The notes under the pieces are model-generated. The model saw only the letters and a list, made by a program, of their open reading frames with translations. It was not told where the DNA came from and made no database searches. From an uncultured Candidatus Saccharibacteria bacterium (GTDB lineage Bacteria; Patescibacteriota; Minisyncoccia; Minisyncoccales; UBA1441), in contig CAYZEC010000011.1 of the NCBI GenBank assembly GCA_964477715.1, positions 1 to 54,568 on the forward strand: DNA of 54,568 bases, written 5' to 3'. A program made the translations under genes and the position numbers. This document shows positions 1 to 10,624 of this stretch, in pieces. How positions within the stretch are numbered: the stretch's first letter is position 1; every line of letters starts with the position of its first letter.

Positions 1-1
1 T

Positions 2-430
2 TTTGAAGAGATAAGAATAGCCGCTAAAATAGCGGTTGATGAAAAATTTTGGAATTCTTATCATCTTTATGGTTTCTTAAATGAATGGGAGACTGGTAAT
101 GCCTATCAAGCCGCTGATTTGATTATTGCCAGGGCTGGAGCGGGTACTATTTTCGAAATTGCTTCTTTCGGGAAACCAAGTATTCTTATTCCTTTGGCTA
201 ATTCGGCGAATGATCATCAGGCTAAAAATGCTTATGCTTTTGCCCCTTATGGAGCACAAGTAATTGAAGAAAACAATTTTACGCCACATTTTTTCTTAAA
301 AAATATACAGCATTGTTTCGATGACCCCGAATCTTTAAAGAAAAGGGGAGAGGCGGCATGGGCCTTTGCTCGACCTCGATCTGCTATAATAATAGCTGAA
401 TATATTGCAAGTTATTTGATTCTAAAATGA
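2..430 (+). CDS. murG: MurG (lipid I N-acetylglucosaminyltransferase), C-terminal part; 5' end is outside the window
   Basis: The frame is open from base 2 (FEEIRIAAKIAVDEKFW...YQAADLIIARAGAGTIFEIASFGKPSILIPLANSANDHQAKNA). This matches the conserved C-terminal sugar-nucleotide-binding half of MurG. Track ORF 119..430 is only the Met-to-stop tail. Confidence 0.8.
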   Translation, partial: FEEIRIAAKIAVDEKFWNSYHLYGFLNEWETGNAYQAADLIIARAGAGTIFEIASFGKPSILIPLANSANDHQAKNAYAFAPYGAQVIEENNFTPHFFLKNIQHCFDDPESLKKRGEAAWAFARPRSAIIIAEYIASYLILK

Positions 431-1950
431 GTGAAGAAAAATTAAAACTGACTGTTCCTGAGAATATTAGGGTTCGGCTCGCTCCGTCGCCCACGGGTGC
501 TTTGCATATCGGAACTGTTCGGACAGCTCTCTTTAATTATTTATTTGCAAGACAAAATAAAGGCAAATTTATTTTAAGAATTGAAGATACTGATCAAAAG
601 CGTTCTAAAAAAAAATGGGAAAAAGACATTGTTGATCATTTGCATTGGTTGGGGATAGACTGGGATGAAGGCCCAGACAAAGAAGGCCCTTTTGGTCCAT
701 ATTCTCAGAGTAAGAGAATTGATATCTATTCTTCTTACATCAAAAAGCTATTAGACGAAAAAAAGGCCTATTATTGTTTTTGCACGCAAGAAGAGTTATC
801 AGCTCAAAAAGAATACCAAGCAAGCATTGGTGAACCTCCGCGATATGTAGGCACTTGTCGTAAAATTGACCCACAAGATGCCCAAAAAAGAATATCTGCA
901 GGCGAATCAGCCGTCATTAGGCTAAAAACTCCTTCCGAGAGAATTATTTCTTTTGAAGATCTGATTTATGGTAAAACTGAATTCAAAACATCAGAATTAG
1001 GAGATTTTATTATCGCAAAAAGTATTTCTGAACCTCTTTATAATCTTGCCGTAGTAATCGACGATTATTTAATGAAAATTACTCATGTTATGAGGGGAGC
1101 GGAGCATATTTCCAATACCCCAAAACAAATTCTGCTAGCTGAATGCATGGGCATTGAAACACCTGAATTTGCTCATTTACCTTTGGTTTTAAGTCCTGCG
1201 CGAAGAAAATTAAGTAAACGAGAAGACGTTGTTGCAATAAGCGATTATAAAAAAACGGGGTATCTTTCTCACGCTCTTCTTAATTTTATTATCTTGCTCG
1301 GATGGAGCGAGGGAGCTGATAAAGAAATATATTCTTTTGAAGAATTAATCGAAAAATTCAATCTCAAGAAAGTACAAAAATCTCCAGCTATTTTCGATAT
1401 TACGCGTTTAAATTGGATGAACGGATACTATATTAGGCAGGAATCTCTCCCGGTTCTAACGCAAATGTGTCTTCCTTATTTGATAGAAGCAGGATTAATA
1501 GAAGAAACAAAGGAAAGTCAAGAATACAGAATCAAAGAAACAAAAGAAGTTATTTCCCTAAGTTATTTGGAAAAAATTATTAGTCTTTATCAGGAAAGAT
1601 TGAAAATATTATCGGAAATTCCCAATCTAGTAGATTATTTCTTTAAAAAAGACATAGAATATTCTACTGATTTGTTAATTTGGAAAGAAAAATCTCCTAA
1701 AGAGATAAAAAATGCCATCCGGCAGGCTATAGAGACACTATCTTCTCTTAAAAAAGACTGGAGTCTTGACAAAATAACCGAGAGCCTTCTAACGGTCGCA
1801 AATGAGATAGGGGACAGGGGGACTCTTCTCTGGCCCGTTAGAGTCGCATTAACTGGTAAAGAGAATTCGGCTGGACCATTTGAAGTTGCTTCAGTTTTAG
1901 GAATGGAAAAAACGATCGCTCGACTAAAAGAAGCCTATCGTTTTCTCTGA
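427..1950 (+). CDS. gltX: glutamyl-tRNA synthetase
   Basis: 507 aa. Class I HIGH region PSPTGALHIGTVRTALFNY, RIEDTD, and a KMSKS-type KLSKR loop. Confidence 0.95.
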   Translation: MSEEKLKLTVPENIRVRLAPSPTGALHIGTVRTALFNYLFARQNKGKFILRIEDTDQKRSKKKWEKDIVDHLHWLGIDWDEGPDKEGPFGPYSQSKRIDIYSSYIKKLLDEKKAYYCFCTQEELSAQKEYQASIGEPPRYVGTCRKIDPQDAQKRISAGESAVIRLKTPSERIISFEDLIYGKTEFKTSELGDFIIAKSISEPLYNLAVVIDDYLMKITHVMRGAEHISNTPKQILLAECMGIETPEFAHLPLVLSPARRKLSKREDVVAISDYKKTGYLSHALLNFIILLGWSEGADKEIYSFEELIEKFNLKKVQKSPAIFDITRLNWMNGYYIRQESLPVLTQMCLPYLIEAGLIEETKESQEYRIKETKEVISLSYLEKIISLYQERLKILSEIPNLVDYFFKKDIEYSTDLLIWKEKSPKEIKNAIRQAIETLSSLKKDWSLDKITESLLTVANEIGDRGTLLWPVRVALTGKENSAGPFEVASVLGMEKTIARLKEAYRFL

Positions 1951-1974
1951 AAAATAAAGAGACTTAATTTTTGT

Positions 1975-2003
1975 TTGACAAAAAAGAAGAGAAGCGATAG
2001 TAT
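1975..2003 (+). promoter_or_regulatory. sigma70-type promoter for the xer gene
   Basis: TTGACA (1975-1980), 17-nt spacer, TAGTAT (1998-2003). It is about 47 nt upstream of the ATG at 2050. Confidence 0.5.
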
Positions 2004-2016
2004 GAGTTGTTATTCA

Positions 2017-2044
2017 AGTTCGCATAATGTAGATTAAGCGAAAT
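2017..2044. other. dif-like Xer recombination site
   Basis: AGTTCGCATAATGTAGATTAAGCGAAAT. Arms TTCGCATAA and TTAAGCGAA form an 8/9 inverted repeat around a 6-bp TGTAGA spacer. 22/28 positions match E. coli dif as I recall it (GGTGCGCATAATGTATATTATGTTAAAT). Confidence 0.6.
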
Positions 2045-2049
2045 AGATT

Positions 2050-3009
2050 ATGCAAGAAAGCTCAAAAAGCATTATCAATCATATTCCAGACTTTTTAGAT
2101 TGGATAGACGTAGAAAAAGGATTGTCTAACAAGACTCAAGAAAGCTACAATCGTTTTCTAAATAAATTTTCTTATTGGTTAAAGAATAATAATCTCGAAT
2201 CTCTTAAGCCTCATGAAATCGATGTTGAACAAATCTGGGAATATCGAGTATTTTTAGCTAGAGTTGTTGGCGGAAATAATAAGATGCTGAAAAAAAGTAC
2301 TCAAAATTACTACCTTATTGCCCTTCGGGCTTTGCTAAACTTTTTTGCTGCCAAAAATATAAAATCTTTACCAGCTGAAAAAATAGAATTAGCTAAGAGG
2401 AAAAAAGACAAAAAAGTAGAATTTTTGAATTTAGAGCAAATAAATAAATTACTTGAAATTCCAAATATTAATATTTTTATCGGCTTAAGAGATCGAACGA
2501 TTATAGAGATTCTTTTTTCGACTGGTCTCAGAATTCATGAATTGATTTCTCTTGATCGAAAACAATTCAAAAATATTAATCCTGAAAAATCATTTGAATT
2601 AAGCATTATCGGAAAAGGAAATTATCCTCGCACAGTCTATTTTTCAAAGAGATCGATTCAATGGCTGTTCCGGTATTTAGAAGCTCGCGATTGTTTAGTC
2701 AAACCCAATTTAGAAAATGATGATCCCCTATTCGTGAATTATCGAAATTTCAAAAGATTAACCGTAAGGGCTATTGAGAAAATGATTAAAAAATACGCGC
2801 TACAGGCTGGATTGCCTATTAATACCACGCCTCACACTCTTCGTCATTCATTTGCTACAGATCTATTGAATCAAGGCGCGGATTTGCGCACAGTTCAAGA
2901 ATTCTTGGGTCATCAAAACATTGCTACCACTCAAATCTATACTCACGTCACTAACAAGAGACTAAAAGACCTCCATGAGCGTTTTCATGGAGGAAAGAAT
3001 CTTAATTAA
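2050..3009 (+). CDS. tyrosine site-specific recombinase, XerC/XerD family
   Basis: 319 aa. C-terminal catalytic block HTLRHSFATDLLNQGADLRTVQEFLGHQNIATTQIYTHV and upstream GLRIHELISL. The N-terminal SAM-like domain is present. Confidence 0.85.
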   Translation: MQESSKSIINHIPDFLDWIDVEKGLSNKTQESYNRFLNKFSYWLKNNNLESLKPHEIDVEQIWEYRVFLARVVGGNNKMLKKSTQNYYLIALRALLNFFAAKNIKSLPAEKIELAKRKKDKKVEFLNLEQINKLLEIPNINIFIGLRDRTIIEILFSTGLRIHELISLDRKQFKNINPEKSFELSIIGKGNYPRTVYFSKRSIQWLFRYLEARDCLVKPNLENDDPLFVNYRNFKRLTVRAIEKMIKKYALQAGLPINTTPHTLRHSFATDLLNQGADLRTVQEFLGHQNIATTQIYTHVTNKRLKDLHERFHGGKNLN

Positions 3010-3169
3010 TAAAACTTTCTATTTCTAGTGGTTTGATTGATTGATATCGGGCCGAGAGATTTCCTAGCCCAAAAGATAAAAAAACTAACAAGAAAATTAA
3101 AATGAAGAATTTAATTTTCTCTTCTTTCTCTGCTAGTCCTTTCTTAATTTTAAAAATTTCTCGTTTCAT
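3002..3169 (-). CDS. possible 55-aa single-pass membrane protein (below the track length cutoff)
   Basis: My translation from the ATG is [55 protein letters not shown]. It has one hydrophobic helix and fills the otherwise empty xer-rpmA gap. No SD and no homology evidence. Confidence 0.25.
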   Translation of the reverse strand: MKREIFKIKKGLAEKEEKIKFFILIFLLVFLSFGLGNLSARYQSIKPLEIESFIN

Positions 3170-3210
3170 TGCTTCTAGACAAAAGGATTGAGAACAATTA
3201 TAATGTATCT

Positions 3211-3483
3211 ATGTCTAAAAAAGTTTCTAAAAAAGCAACTGGTGGCAACAGAGATTCTCGCGCTCAAAGATTGGGCGTTAAGATATTTGGTGGACAATCG
3301 GTTAAAGCAGGAATGATTTTGGTGAGGCAACGAGGCACAAAATTTATTCCAGGAGATAATGTTAAAATTGGTCGCGACGATACTCTCTATGCTGCTCAAG
3401 CTGGGATATTAGAGTTCAAGACTTCTCGAAAAATTGGATTTGATGGAAGACAAAGAATCGTCAAAGTCCTCAACGTGCGCTAA
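3211..3483 (+). CDS. rpmA: ribosomal protein bL27
   Basis: [41 protein letters not shown] is the bL27 core. I start at ATG 3211 (MSKKVSKK) rather than the TTG at 3169 used by the track. Confidence 0.9.
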   Translation: MSKKVSKKATGGNRDSRAQRLGVKIFGGQSVKAGMILVRQRGTKFIPGDNVKIGRDDTLYAAQAGILEFKTSRKIGFDGRQRIVKVLNVR

Positions 3484-3913
3484 TATTTATCTTAATCTTG
3501 GCGATAATTTCAGGAAAGAGTTTTATTTGGACTTCAATATCTCCCAATTCTTTTACTGATTTATCTAGCATTACTTGTTCTTTTTCAACAGAAAATCCTT
3601 CTGCTGTCAATAGTTTGGCAATCTCAACTGGGCCTATGGCTTGAAATAACTGCCCCTTATCCCCTACCTCAACTTTCATTGAAAAAGATTTCCCTGCCAT
3701 CTTTTTCGATAACTCTTCTGCTAAAAGTATTTTTTTCTCATGGATTCGTGCTCTTGCTTCTTGCGCTCTTTGTATTTCTGCTAAATTTAATTTTGTAGCT
3801 GGCCTAGCAAGTTTACTAGGAAAAAGAAAATTCCGGGCATGACCCTTAGTAACGTTCTTGATTTCTCCCTTTAATCCTAATTTAGCAACATCTTGATCGA
3901 GAATAATTTTCAT
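3470..3913 (-). CDS. rplI: ribosomal protein bL9
   Basis: [36 protein letters not shown] is the bL9 N-terminal domain. 147 aa. Confidence 0.9.
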   Translation of the reverse strand: MKIILDQDVAKLGLKGEIKNVTKGHARNFLFPSKLARPATKLNLAEIQRAQEARARIHEKKILLAEELSKKMAGKSFSMKVEVGDKGQLFQAIGPVEIAKLLTAEGFSVEKEQVMLDKSVKELGDIEVQIKLFPEIIAKIKINISAR

Positions 3914-3917
3914 AATT

Positions 3918-5099
3918 TTATTGAATAACGTCTCTTAATATCTCAATAGCCTTTTCTAATTGTGTATCTTCTCCATTAATTATATAATCTTCCTGGTCTA
4001 TTTCAATGGTAATATCAGGATCCAAGCCCAATCCATCAATCAAATAACCTTTTGGAGTTAACCATTTTGCAATAGTGATCTTGACCAAAGAACCGTCTTT
4101 TAAATTGAAGGTTTGCTGAACAGATCCTTTTCCAAAGGAATTTTCTCCAACAATAATAATGTTGCGATTGTCACGCAATGCTCCGGCCAATATTTCAGAA
4201 CCAGAAGCGCTCCCCTGATTAATTATTATTATTAATGGATAGTAAGAAAGCTTAGCATTATTTCCTTGTGTATAGAAAAATTCTTGTCTACTATCTGCAA
4301 ATTCTTCTATGGCTACTATTTCATCTCTAGGCAAAAACCATCCCGCGATATCAACTGCCACGTCTAAATAACCACCAGGGTTATTTCTCAAATCGAGAAT
4401 TATTCCCTTAGCAGAACTTTTCAGTATTTCAGCAGATGTATTTCTAAATGAATTTATTAATCCTTCATGAAAATGATGGATATGAACATGAGCAATATCA
4501 CCATCTATTAATTCCCAGCTAACCGAAGGTATCTGAATAACATCTCTGATTAAAACAAAATCTTTTTCATCAAAGACATCAATCCTTTTGATTGATAAAG
4601 TAACTTCTGTATTTTTCTGTCCCCGAATTAACTCAACAGCTTTTTCTACCGTTATGCCAATAGCCGAATTTTCATCAATCTTCAAAATTTGATCTCCCGC
4701 CCGCAATCCCGCTTTTTCGGCAGGCGTTTCTTTTAGCGGGGCAATAATTGTTATGTATCCATTCCTTAATCCAATTTCCATGCCCACCCCTTCAATTTCT
4801 CCCGCTAAATCTTCTTTAAATTTAGTTGACTCTTGAGGATTTAGAAAAACAGTATGGGGATCTTCTAGAGAAGAAACCATCCCGGCGATTGCTCCCTGAA
4901 TCATTTGTTCCTGATTTATCTCATCGCTATGAATGTAATTTTCTTCTAGACGGCTCCAAGCTTCCCAAAAAACAGACAGATCAACTCCTTCGGCTGGCTG
5001 GATGGGTAAAGAATAGCCCATAAAAAACCAAAAAACGCTTCCTAATATTAGACAAGAAAAAAATCCGATTGCAACGAATCCCCAAGATTTTAAATACAT
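3918..5099 (-). CDS. carboxy-terminal processing protease (S41 family) with PDZ domain
   Basis: N-terminal TM helix, PDZ-like AGLRAGDQILKIDENS, and S41 core NQGSASGSEILAGALRD...FGKGSVQ. Confidence 0.9.
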   Translation of the reverse strand: MYLKSWGFVAIGFFSCLILGSVFWFFMGYSLPIQPAEGVDLSVFWEAWSRLEENYIHSDEINQEQMIQGAIAGMVSSLEDPHTVFLNPQESTKFKEDLAGEIEGVGMEIGLRNGYITIIAPLKETPAEKAGLRAGDQILKIDENSAIGITVEKAVELIRGQKNTEVTLSIKRIDVFDEKDFVLIRDVIQIPSVSWELIDGDIAHVHIHHFHEGLINSFRNTSAEILKSSAKGIILDLRNNPGGYLDVAVDIAGWFLPRDEIVAIEEFADSRQEFFYTQGNNAKLSYYPLIIIINQGSASGSEILAGALRDNRNIIIVGENSFGKGSVQQTFNLKDGSLVKITIAKWLTPKGYLIDGLGLDPDITIEIDQEDYIINGEDTQLEKAIEILRDVIQ

Positions 5100-5131
5100 G
5101 CTTTGTCCTATTTAATTTTATTAAATAAATG

Positions 5132-5203
5132 TGGGTCCGGTGCGACTCGAACGCACAACCTACTGCTTAAAAGGCAGTTACTCTACCATTGAGTTACGGA
5201 CCC
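5132..5203 (-). tRNA. tRNA-Lys (anticodon UUU)
   Basis: The reverse complement folds as a cloverleaf. Acceptor GGGTCCG/CGGACCC, anticodon stem ACTGC/GCAGT with loop CTTTTAA, T arm GTGCG-TTCGAGT-CGCAC. No encoded CCA. Confidence 0.9.
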
Positions 5204-5221
5204 ATTGGTGTTTATTTTAAA

Positions 5222-6301
5222 TTATAAGCCCTTGTTTTGCAACTCTCTTAATAACCTTTCTTGATCCTTCGTCAGATGTTTGGGGGTTGAAATTTTTATC
5301 TGTAAATATAAATCACCCCTTCCTGAACGACCATAATGCGGAATGCCTTTCCCAGAAATCTTAATTATTTGCCCCGACTCTGACCCACGTGGAATTTTTA
5401 TGGCTATTTCTTGTCCATCTAAACCCTTTATTTTGCTTTCTCCCCCCAAAGCAGCCTCTGAAAAATTCAATGGGCAAATAGCAACCAAATCATCTCCTTG
5501 TCGATGGAAATTTTTATTCTTTTTTAATATTATTTTCACGAAAAGATCTCCTGATTCCTGATTGCGGAAACCGGCATGCCCCAATCCATTAAATTTAAGA
5601 ACCTGTCCATCGTCAACGCCTGTCGGTATCGTTATCTCTGAATGATATTCTTGCTCCAACACCCCTTGCCCACGACAAATATTACATTTTTTCTCTGGCA
5701 TTTTACCCGTTCCCTGACACTCTGGACATGTAGTATATTGAGTCATATTCCCAAACAAGGTTCTTCTTACTTGATGAACCCTCCCCTTCCCTCGACATGC
5801 AGTACATTCTTTCAAGGAAGTGCCCGGCTCCGTTCCTTGTCCTTGGCATCGATGACAGGGAACTCTTTTTTTAAAAGAGATCTTTCTTTTTTGATTTTGT
5901 AATGTTTCGGATAGTTCTAAATCTATCATTAAATGTATATCTTCTCCTTGTTGAGTTTTACGATAACCGCTCTCCTGTTTAAAGGCAAAATCAAATATAT
6001 CCCCTAAGTCAAAATCATTGAAGATATTTCCAAAATCAGATTGCTGAAAATTAAATCCAAAAGGCGATGACCCATCTGCCGACTGATATCCTCCCCCATT
6101 AAAAGATGATCCGAATCGATCATATTGAGCTCTTTTTTCTTTATTAGAAAGAACTCCATAGGCTTCGCTAATCTTTTTAAAAAGATTTTCATCTCCCCCC
6201 TTATCGGGATGATGTTTATGGGCTAATCGACGATAAGCTTTTTTAATGTCTTCTGCTGTGGCAGCACGATCTACCCCTAATATTTGATAATAATCTTCCA
6301 T
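5222..6301 (-). CDS. dnaJ: chaperone DnaJ
   Basis: J domain with HPD ([11 protein letters not shown]), a G/F-rich linker, and four CxxCxGxG repeats ([32 protein letters not shown]). Confidence 0.95.
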   Translation of the reverse strand: MEDYYQILGVDRAATAEDIKKAYRRLAHKHHPDKGGDENLFKKISEAYGVLSNKEKRAQYDRFGSSFNGGGYQSADGSSPFGFNFQQSDFGNIFNDFDLGDIFDFAFKQESGYRKTQQGEDIHLMIDLELSETLQNQKRKISFKKRVPCHRCQGQGTEPGTSLKECTACRGKGRVHQVRRTLFGNMTQYTTCPECQGTGKMPEKKCNICRGQGVLEQEYHSEITIPTGVDDGQVLKFNGLGHAGFRNQESGDLFVKIILKKNKNFHRQGDDLVAICPLNFSEAALGGESKIKGLDGQEIAIKIPRGSESGQIIKISGKGIPHYGRSGRGDLYLQIKISTPKHLTKDQERLLRELQNKGL

Positions 6302-6303
6302 TT

Positions 6304-8178
6304 TTATGAATTTTTCTCTTCTTCGGGTGAAGTATCTTTTTCTTCTCCGCTCTCATTATTCTGCCCGCTCTCTTTCTCTTTCTGATAAATATCAGTTCCT
6401 ATTTTTTGCAATAATTGTTGCAAAGACTCAACCTTTTCTTTAATTTTTGACACATCTTCTTCTTCTTTTACTTTTTCCAATTCTGATAATTCTGTCTCTG
6501 CTTTTTGGACATCTTCCTCTGATATTTTCTCTCTCATTTCTTGAATAGTCTTGCGGCCACTATAAATCAAGGCATCTGCCTGATTTCTCAATTCAATTAA
6601 CTGCCTTTTTTGTTCGTCTTGTTCTGAATGTTTTTGAGCTTCATCCTTCATTTTTTCAATCTCTTCTTTGGATACACTAGCCGATCCTTCAATTCTCACT
6701 GATTGTTCTTTATTGGTTCCCTTATCTTTTGCTGAAACATTTAAAATTCCGTTAGCATCAATATCAAAAGATACTTCAATTTGAGGGATGCCTCTCGGAG
6801 CCGAAGGAATGCCGTCTAGAATAAATTTTCCCAAGCTACGATTATCTAAAGCCATAGTTCTTTCTCCCTGGAGAATATTAATTTCAACAGAGGGCTGGTT
6901 ATCTGCAGCTGTTGAAAATATTTGCGATTTTCGAGCAGGAATAGTAGTATTCTTATCAATCAATCTGGTCATTATTCCCCCCATGGTTTCTAATCCCAAT
7001 GAGAGAGGAACCACGTCTAATAAAAGAACATCTTTCATTTCCCCCTGCAAAATACCTCCTTGCACAGCCGCTCCGATTGCAACTACCTCATCTGGATTAA
7101 TGGATCGATTTGGCTCTCGATTAAATAATTTTTTAATCTCTTCTTGAATCTTAGGCATACGTGTTTGCCCTCCAACTAAAATTACCTCTTCGATTTCTTC
7201 CGGCTTTAAATCTGCGTCTTTAAGAACGCTATTAGTCAAATCTAATGATCTGATAACGTATTCGCTTACCATTTCTTCTAGCTTAGCTCGACTCAAAGAA
7301 TATAATAGATGACGAGGACCGTCTTGAGTTGACGTAATGAATGGAAGATTTACTTCCGTTTCCATGGTTGTTGATAACTCTATTTTTGCCTTTTCGGCTG
7401 CATCTTTAATTCTTTGCAATGCCAAGGGGTCTTGAGAAAGATCTATGCCCTCTTCCTGCTTAAATCGACCAATAATCCAATCGCTAATTTTTTGATCAAA
7501 ATCATTTCCACCCAAATGAGTGTCTCCCCCAGTAGCTTTTACTTCAATCGTATCATCTCCAATGTCTAAAATCGAAACATCAAAAGTTCCACCGCCAAAA
7601 TCATAAACTAAAATTTGTTCGTCTTTACGTTTGCTTAATCCGTAGGCTAAAGCCGCCGCAGTAGGTTCGTTAATGATGCGCCGAACCTTTAACCCCGCAA
7701 TTTCCCCAGCTGCTTTTGTTTCTTGACGTTGATCATCATTAAAATAAGCGGGGCAAGTAATTACTGCCTCTTCAATTTTTGTGCCTAACTTTTCTTCAGC
7801 ATCTTTTTTCAATTTGCTTAAGATCATGGCTGAAATTTGAACCGGCCGATACCACTGATCACCCATTTTAACTTCAATATGGTCATCGCTTTCGCCTTTT
7901 ATCTTGAATGATGATTTTCGAGCATCTTCCTGGACAATAGGATCTGAAAATTTTCTTCCGATAAGACGCTTTGTTCCAAAAACAGTATTCTCGGGATTTG
8001 TAATAGTTTGGCGTTGAGCTAAAACACCGACCAGGCGTTCACCCTTTTTATTAACTGCAATAATTGAAGGAGTAGTTCGAGCTCCTTCCTTATTTTCAAT
8101 TATTTTCGGTTCTCCTGCTTCAATCACGGCCATTGCCGAAAAAGTTGTTCCTAAGTCAATTCCTAAAATCTTGGACAT
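6304..8178 (-). CDS. dnaK: chaperone DnaK (Hsp70)
   Basis: [25 protein letters not shown] and [15 protein letters not shown] signatures. 624 aa. Confidence 0.97.
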   Translation of the reverse strand: MSKILGIDLGTTFSAMAVIEAGEPKIIENKEGARTTPSIIAVNKKGERLVGVLAQRQTITNPENTVFGTKRLIGRKFSDPIVQEDARKSSFKIKGESDDHIEVKMGDQWYRPVQISAMILSKLKKDAEEKLGTKIEEAVITCPAYFNDDQRQETKAAGEIAGLKVRRIINEPTAAALAYGLSKRKDEQILVYDFGGGTFDVSILDIGDDTIEVKATGGDTHLGGNDFDQKISDWIIGRFKQEEGIDLSQDPLALQRIKDAAEKAKIELSTTMETEVNLPFITSTQDGPRHLLYSLSRAKLEEMVSEYVIRSLDLTNSVLKDADLKPEEIEEVILVGGQTRMPKIQEEIKKLFNREPNRSINPDEVVAIGAAVQGGILQGEMKDVLLLDVVPLSLGLETMGGIMTRLIDKNTTIPARKSQIFSTAADNQPSVEINILQGERTMALDNRSLGKFILDGIPSAPRGIPQIEVSFDIDANGILNVSAKDKGTNKEQSVRIEGSASVSKEEIEKMKDEAQKHSEQDEQKRQLIELRNQADALIYSGRKTIQEMREKISEEDVQKAETELSELEKVKEEEDVSKIKEKVESLQQLLQKIGTDIYQKEKESGQNNESGEEKDTSPEEEKNS

Positions 8179-8195
8179 AAAAGTTAATCTTTAAA

Positions 8196-8693
8196 TTAAT
8201 TATTTTGGGGTCCGGCAACCTTTACTTTAGCCGGCCTTAAAACTTCTCCCCGGAACCAATATCCTGGCAGAACCTCCTCTATTATCTCTCCTTCTTTTCT
8301 GCCATCTAATTGAATGGTTTCTATCGCTTCATGCTTTTTTGGATCAAATTGCTCTTGTTCGACAACCATCCTTTCTACTCCACTTTTTTCTAAGATATGC
8401 ATGAATTCTTTTTGAATTTTTAAGCTTCCTTCATAAAAAGAATCCTCGCCATACCTCATCCTTGCTTCTTTCTGAAATCTTTCTAAATTATCCAAAACAG
8501 CCAGCAATTCAAATAATATTTTTTTATCATTTTGATAAGAAATTTTCTCAACTCGATCTAATTCAGATTTCTTATAATTGATAAAATCTGCCCTTTCTCT
8601 TTGCCAACCCTTTAGATAATCTTCTTTCTCTTTTAAGCAATCAATTAATTCTTTGTTTGGTTCAATTTTTTTCTTTGATTTTTCTGAGTTCAT
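8196..8693 (-). CDS. grpE: nucleotide exchange factor GrpE
   Basis: 165 aa. Coiled N-terminus and C-terminal FDPKKHEAIETI...GYWFRGEVLRPAKVKV. Lies directly upstream of dnaK-dnaJ. Confidence 0.9.
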   Translation of the reverse strand: MNSEKSKKKIEPNKELIDCLKEKEDYLKGWQRERADFINYKKSELDRVEKISYQNDKKILFELLAVLDNLERFQKEARMRYGEDSFYEGSLKIQKEFMHILEKSGVERMVVEQEQFDPKKHEAIETIQLDGRKEGEIIEEVLPGYWFRGEVLRPAKVKVAGPQNN

Positions 8694-8760
8694 CTCTAAT
8701 CAAAACTAAAAAATGGTAACACAATTAATAGATAATGTCAATAAAAAAGCCTATTCCTCC

Positions 8761-9549
8761 CTAACGATTCGCATAAAAAATCCTTTCTGAATGACTCCCT
8801 AAATCAATATAATCAATCAAGCTAATTTCGTCAATACTTTTATTCTCTAAGAATAATTTTAAGTGCTTTAATTGTTTCTGTAAATCAAAAATTTTATTAA
8901 ATTTGATCACCCATGGAAATCCATTAGAAATTGGATTAGCGATAATTAGCATTATCTGGGGATCGTTTATGCTTATTTCCATTATCTGGAATTTCTCGAA
9001 TTCAGATAATAGCTCCACTATATTAATAATATCCAATTTAATATCATCGATCTCTGAAAGAAGGTGTAATTGTCCATTATTAAGAATAGAAATTTTTATT
9101 AAATCTGACGTGCATGCTTGAGCAATTTTCTCTAGCTCCACTAAATTATTGTCTAATAATAAAAAGTTATTTTGCGATATCGGAAAGCAAAACCTAGGCT
9201 CCCTCTCTTTCAAAGAAACAATGATCTTATCGGGCCATTGACGAATTATCCTCAATTCCATAATATAAGGAAAAGAATTTTCTATTTCTTCTGCTAAATA
9301 GTTAATAGGCCATGCTAGACTATTGATTAGTTGGCCATCGATAGTTTGAAAAACGAATTTCTCTAATTCCTTAGAGTCGATGATTTCATTCCCTTCAATA
9401 GATAAATATTTTATCGAAAATGCTGAAGAAAATAAGAGGAGGTAGACGATAATTCCAAGAAGAAATAAAACTAATACTGCTTTGTGAACAGATCTTCTAA
9501 GATAAATCGGCTGACGTGTTTTTATTTTTTTGTGACGAATCATTTTCAT
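8761..9549 (-). CDS. ftsQ: FtsQ-like cell division protein (TM + POTRA)
   Basis: Basic N-terminal tail, one TM helix (AVLVLFLLGIIVYLLLF), then POTRA-like IKYLSIEGNEIIDSKELEKFV. Called from architecture only. Confidence 0.55.
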   Translation of the reverse strand: MKMIRHKKIKTRQPIYLRRSVHKAVLVLFLLGIIVYLLLFSSAFSIKYLSIEGNEIIDSKELEKFVFQTIDGQLINSLAWPINYLAEEIENSFPYIMELRIIRQWPDKIIVSLKEREPRFCFPISQNNFLLLDNNLVELEKIAQACTSDLIKISILNNGQLHLLSEIDDIKLDIINIVELLSEFEKFQIMEISINDPQIMLIIANPISNGFPWVIKFNKIFDLQKQLKHLKLFLENKSIDEISLIDYIDLGSHSERIFYANR

Positions 9550-10622
9550 AATTTTCTTCTTCGTCGACGATTTTTTTCTAAAAAATAATTAAGCCAATAC
9601 CACCATCTTAATGGAATGTCATGTGTCTGAAAATAATCCGTTCGGAAGCCACCAAAACCTTTTTTGAATAGACTTAATCCGTAATAAGCATGATGGGGGT
9701 TGTCCTTATCAGCAATGCCCCAGAAATTATAAAATTGGCAACCCCTTTTGCGTGCTTCCTGGATTGCTGCCCATTGAATTAAATATGATCCGGGAGCATC
9801 TTTGGGCTGAAAAGCGGAAGATGCTCCTTGGTGATAATAGGCTGTTTTTTGGTAAAAAACGATCATCCCCGAAGCTATTGGCTTTCCTTGATATAGAGCA
9901 TTTAGTATTAAAATTTGGTTTTCTTTTTTTAGACAATCTAATTCCTTTTTTAAATAATCCAATGTAAATGCTTGAAAATGATGACGCCCTACCGTTTCTT
10001 TGTATAATTTTAGAAAATTATTAAGATCTTTAGAATCTGTCCCCGAAGTAATAATTAAATCAGAATTGCCTAATCCTTTCTTAATCAAATAACGAGTAGT
10101 TTTTCTCATTTCTCTTAATATTTTTTCTTCAGGCTGAGAAATATCTAATGTCCAAGTCACCTCAGGAGTAATAAACATTGGGGCTTTTTGCCATCCACTT
10201 TTTTTAAACAATTTTGCTTCAAGAATATTTTTTATCCAGGCTGGAGCTATCCTGATAAAAATAATATTTTTATTTTCTTGAGCTAAGGCCTTTAAATAGT
10301 TTGCAATCTCAAATATAATTTTGTTTTTCTGGGACTCATGCTCATCGCGAATTATTGGACCGTGGGGAATAAAGATAAAAGAAAAGTCCAGGCCAAATTT
10401 TTTGATCATCGGCATTATTACATACAGGGCCCCTGCGATTAATTTATCTTTATGCCAGACTCCTAAAAGCCCTACTTTTTGCCCCATAGCCTGACGCCAC
10501 TCCCTTGAAGACCAAGACTGCATAAAAGTCTTTTCCGCGCAGCTTTCATTCAATTCCTCCCATTGATCTTTGTCATTAACTTCAGCAATTTTAAATTGAT
10601 TAGTATCTTCCATATAACTCAA
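9546..10622 (-). CDS. FemAB-family peptidoglycan interpeptide-bridge aminoacyltransferase
   Basis: 358 aa. YHQGASSAFQPKDAPGSYLIQWAAIQEARKRGCQFYNFWGI resembles the FemX/MurM C-terminal GNAT-like domain. Confidence 0.7.
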   Translation of the reverse strand: MSYMEDTNQFKIAEVNDKDQWEELNESCAEKTFMQSWSSREWRQAMGQKVGLLGVWHKDKLIAGALYVIMPMIKKFGLDFSFIFIPHGPIIRDEHESQKNKIIFEIANYLKALAQENKNIIFIRIAPAWIKNILEAKLFKKSGWQKAPMFITPEVTWTLDISQPEEKILREMRKTTRYLIKKGLGNSDLIITSGTDSKDLNNFLKLYKETVGRHHFQAFTLDYLKKELDCLKKENQILILNALYQGKPIASGMIVFYQKTAYYHQGASSAFQPKDAPGSYLIQWAAIQEARKRGCQFYNFWGIADKDNPHHAYYGLSLFKKGFGGFRTDYFQTHDIPLRWWYWLNYFLEKNRRRRRKL

Positions 10623-10624
10623 GA

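Noticed and set aside
5343-8178. Antisense ORFs inside dnaJ and dnaK (5343-5561, 5642-5902, 6004-6192, 6788-7147). Similar short ORFs lie inside other well-supported genes throughout the window.
   Set aside because: They are fully nested in genes with unambiguous family motifs, and they have no start signals of their own.
8694-8760. Looked for a CIRCE (TTAGCACTC-N9-GAGTGCTAA) heat-shock operator upstream of grpE-dnaK-dnaJ.
   Set aside because: No such inverted repeat is present. Only a TTGACA-17-TACCAT promoter-like sequence is there, and no hrcA gene is adjacent.
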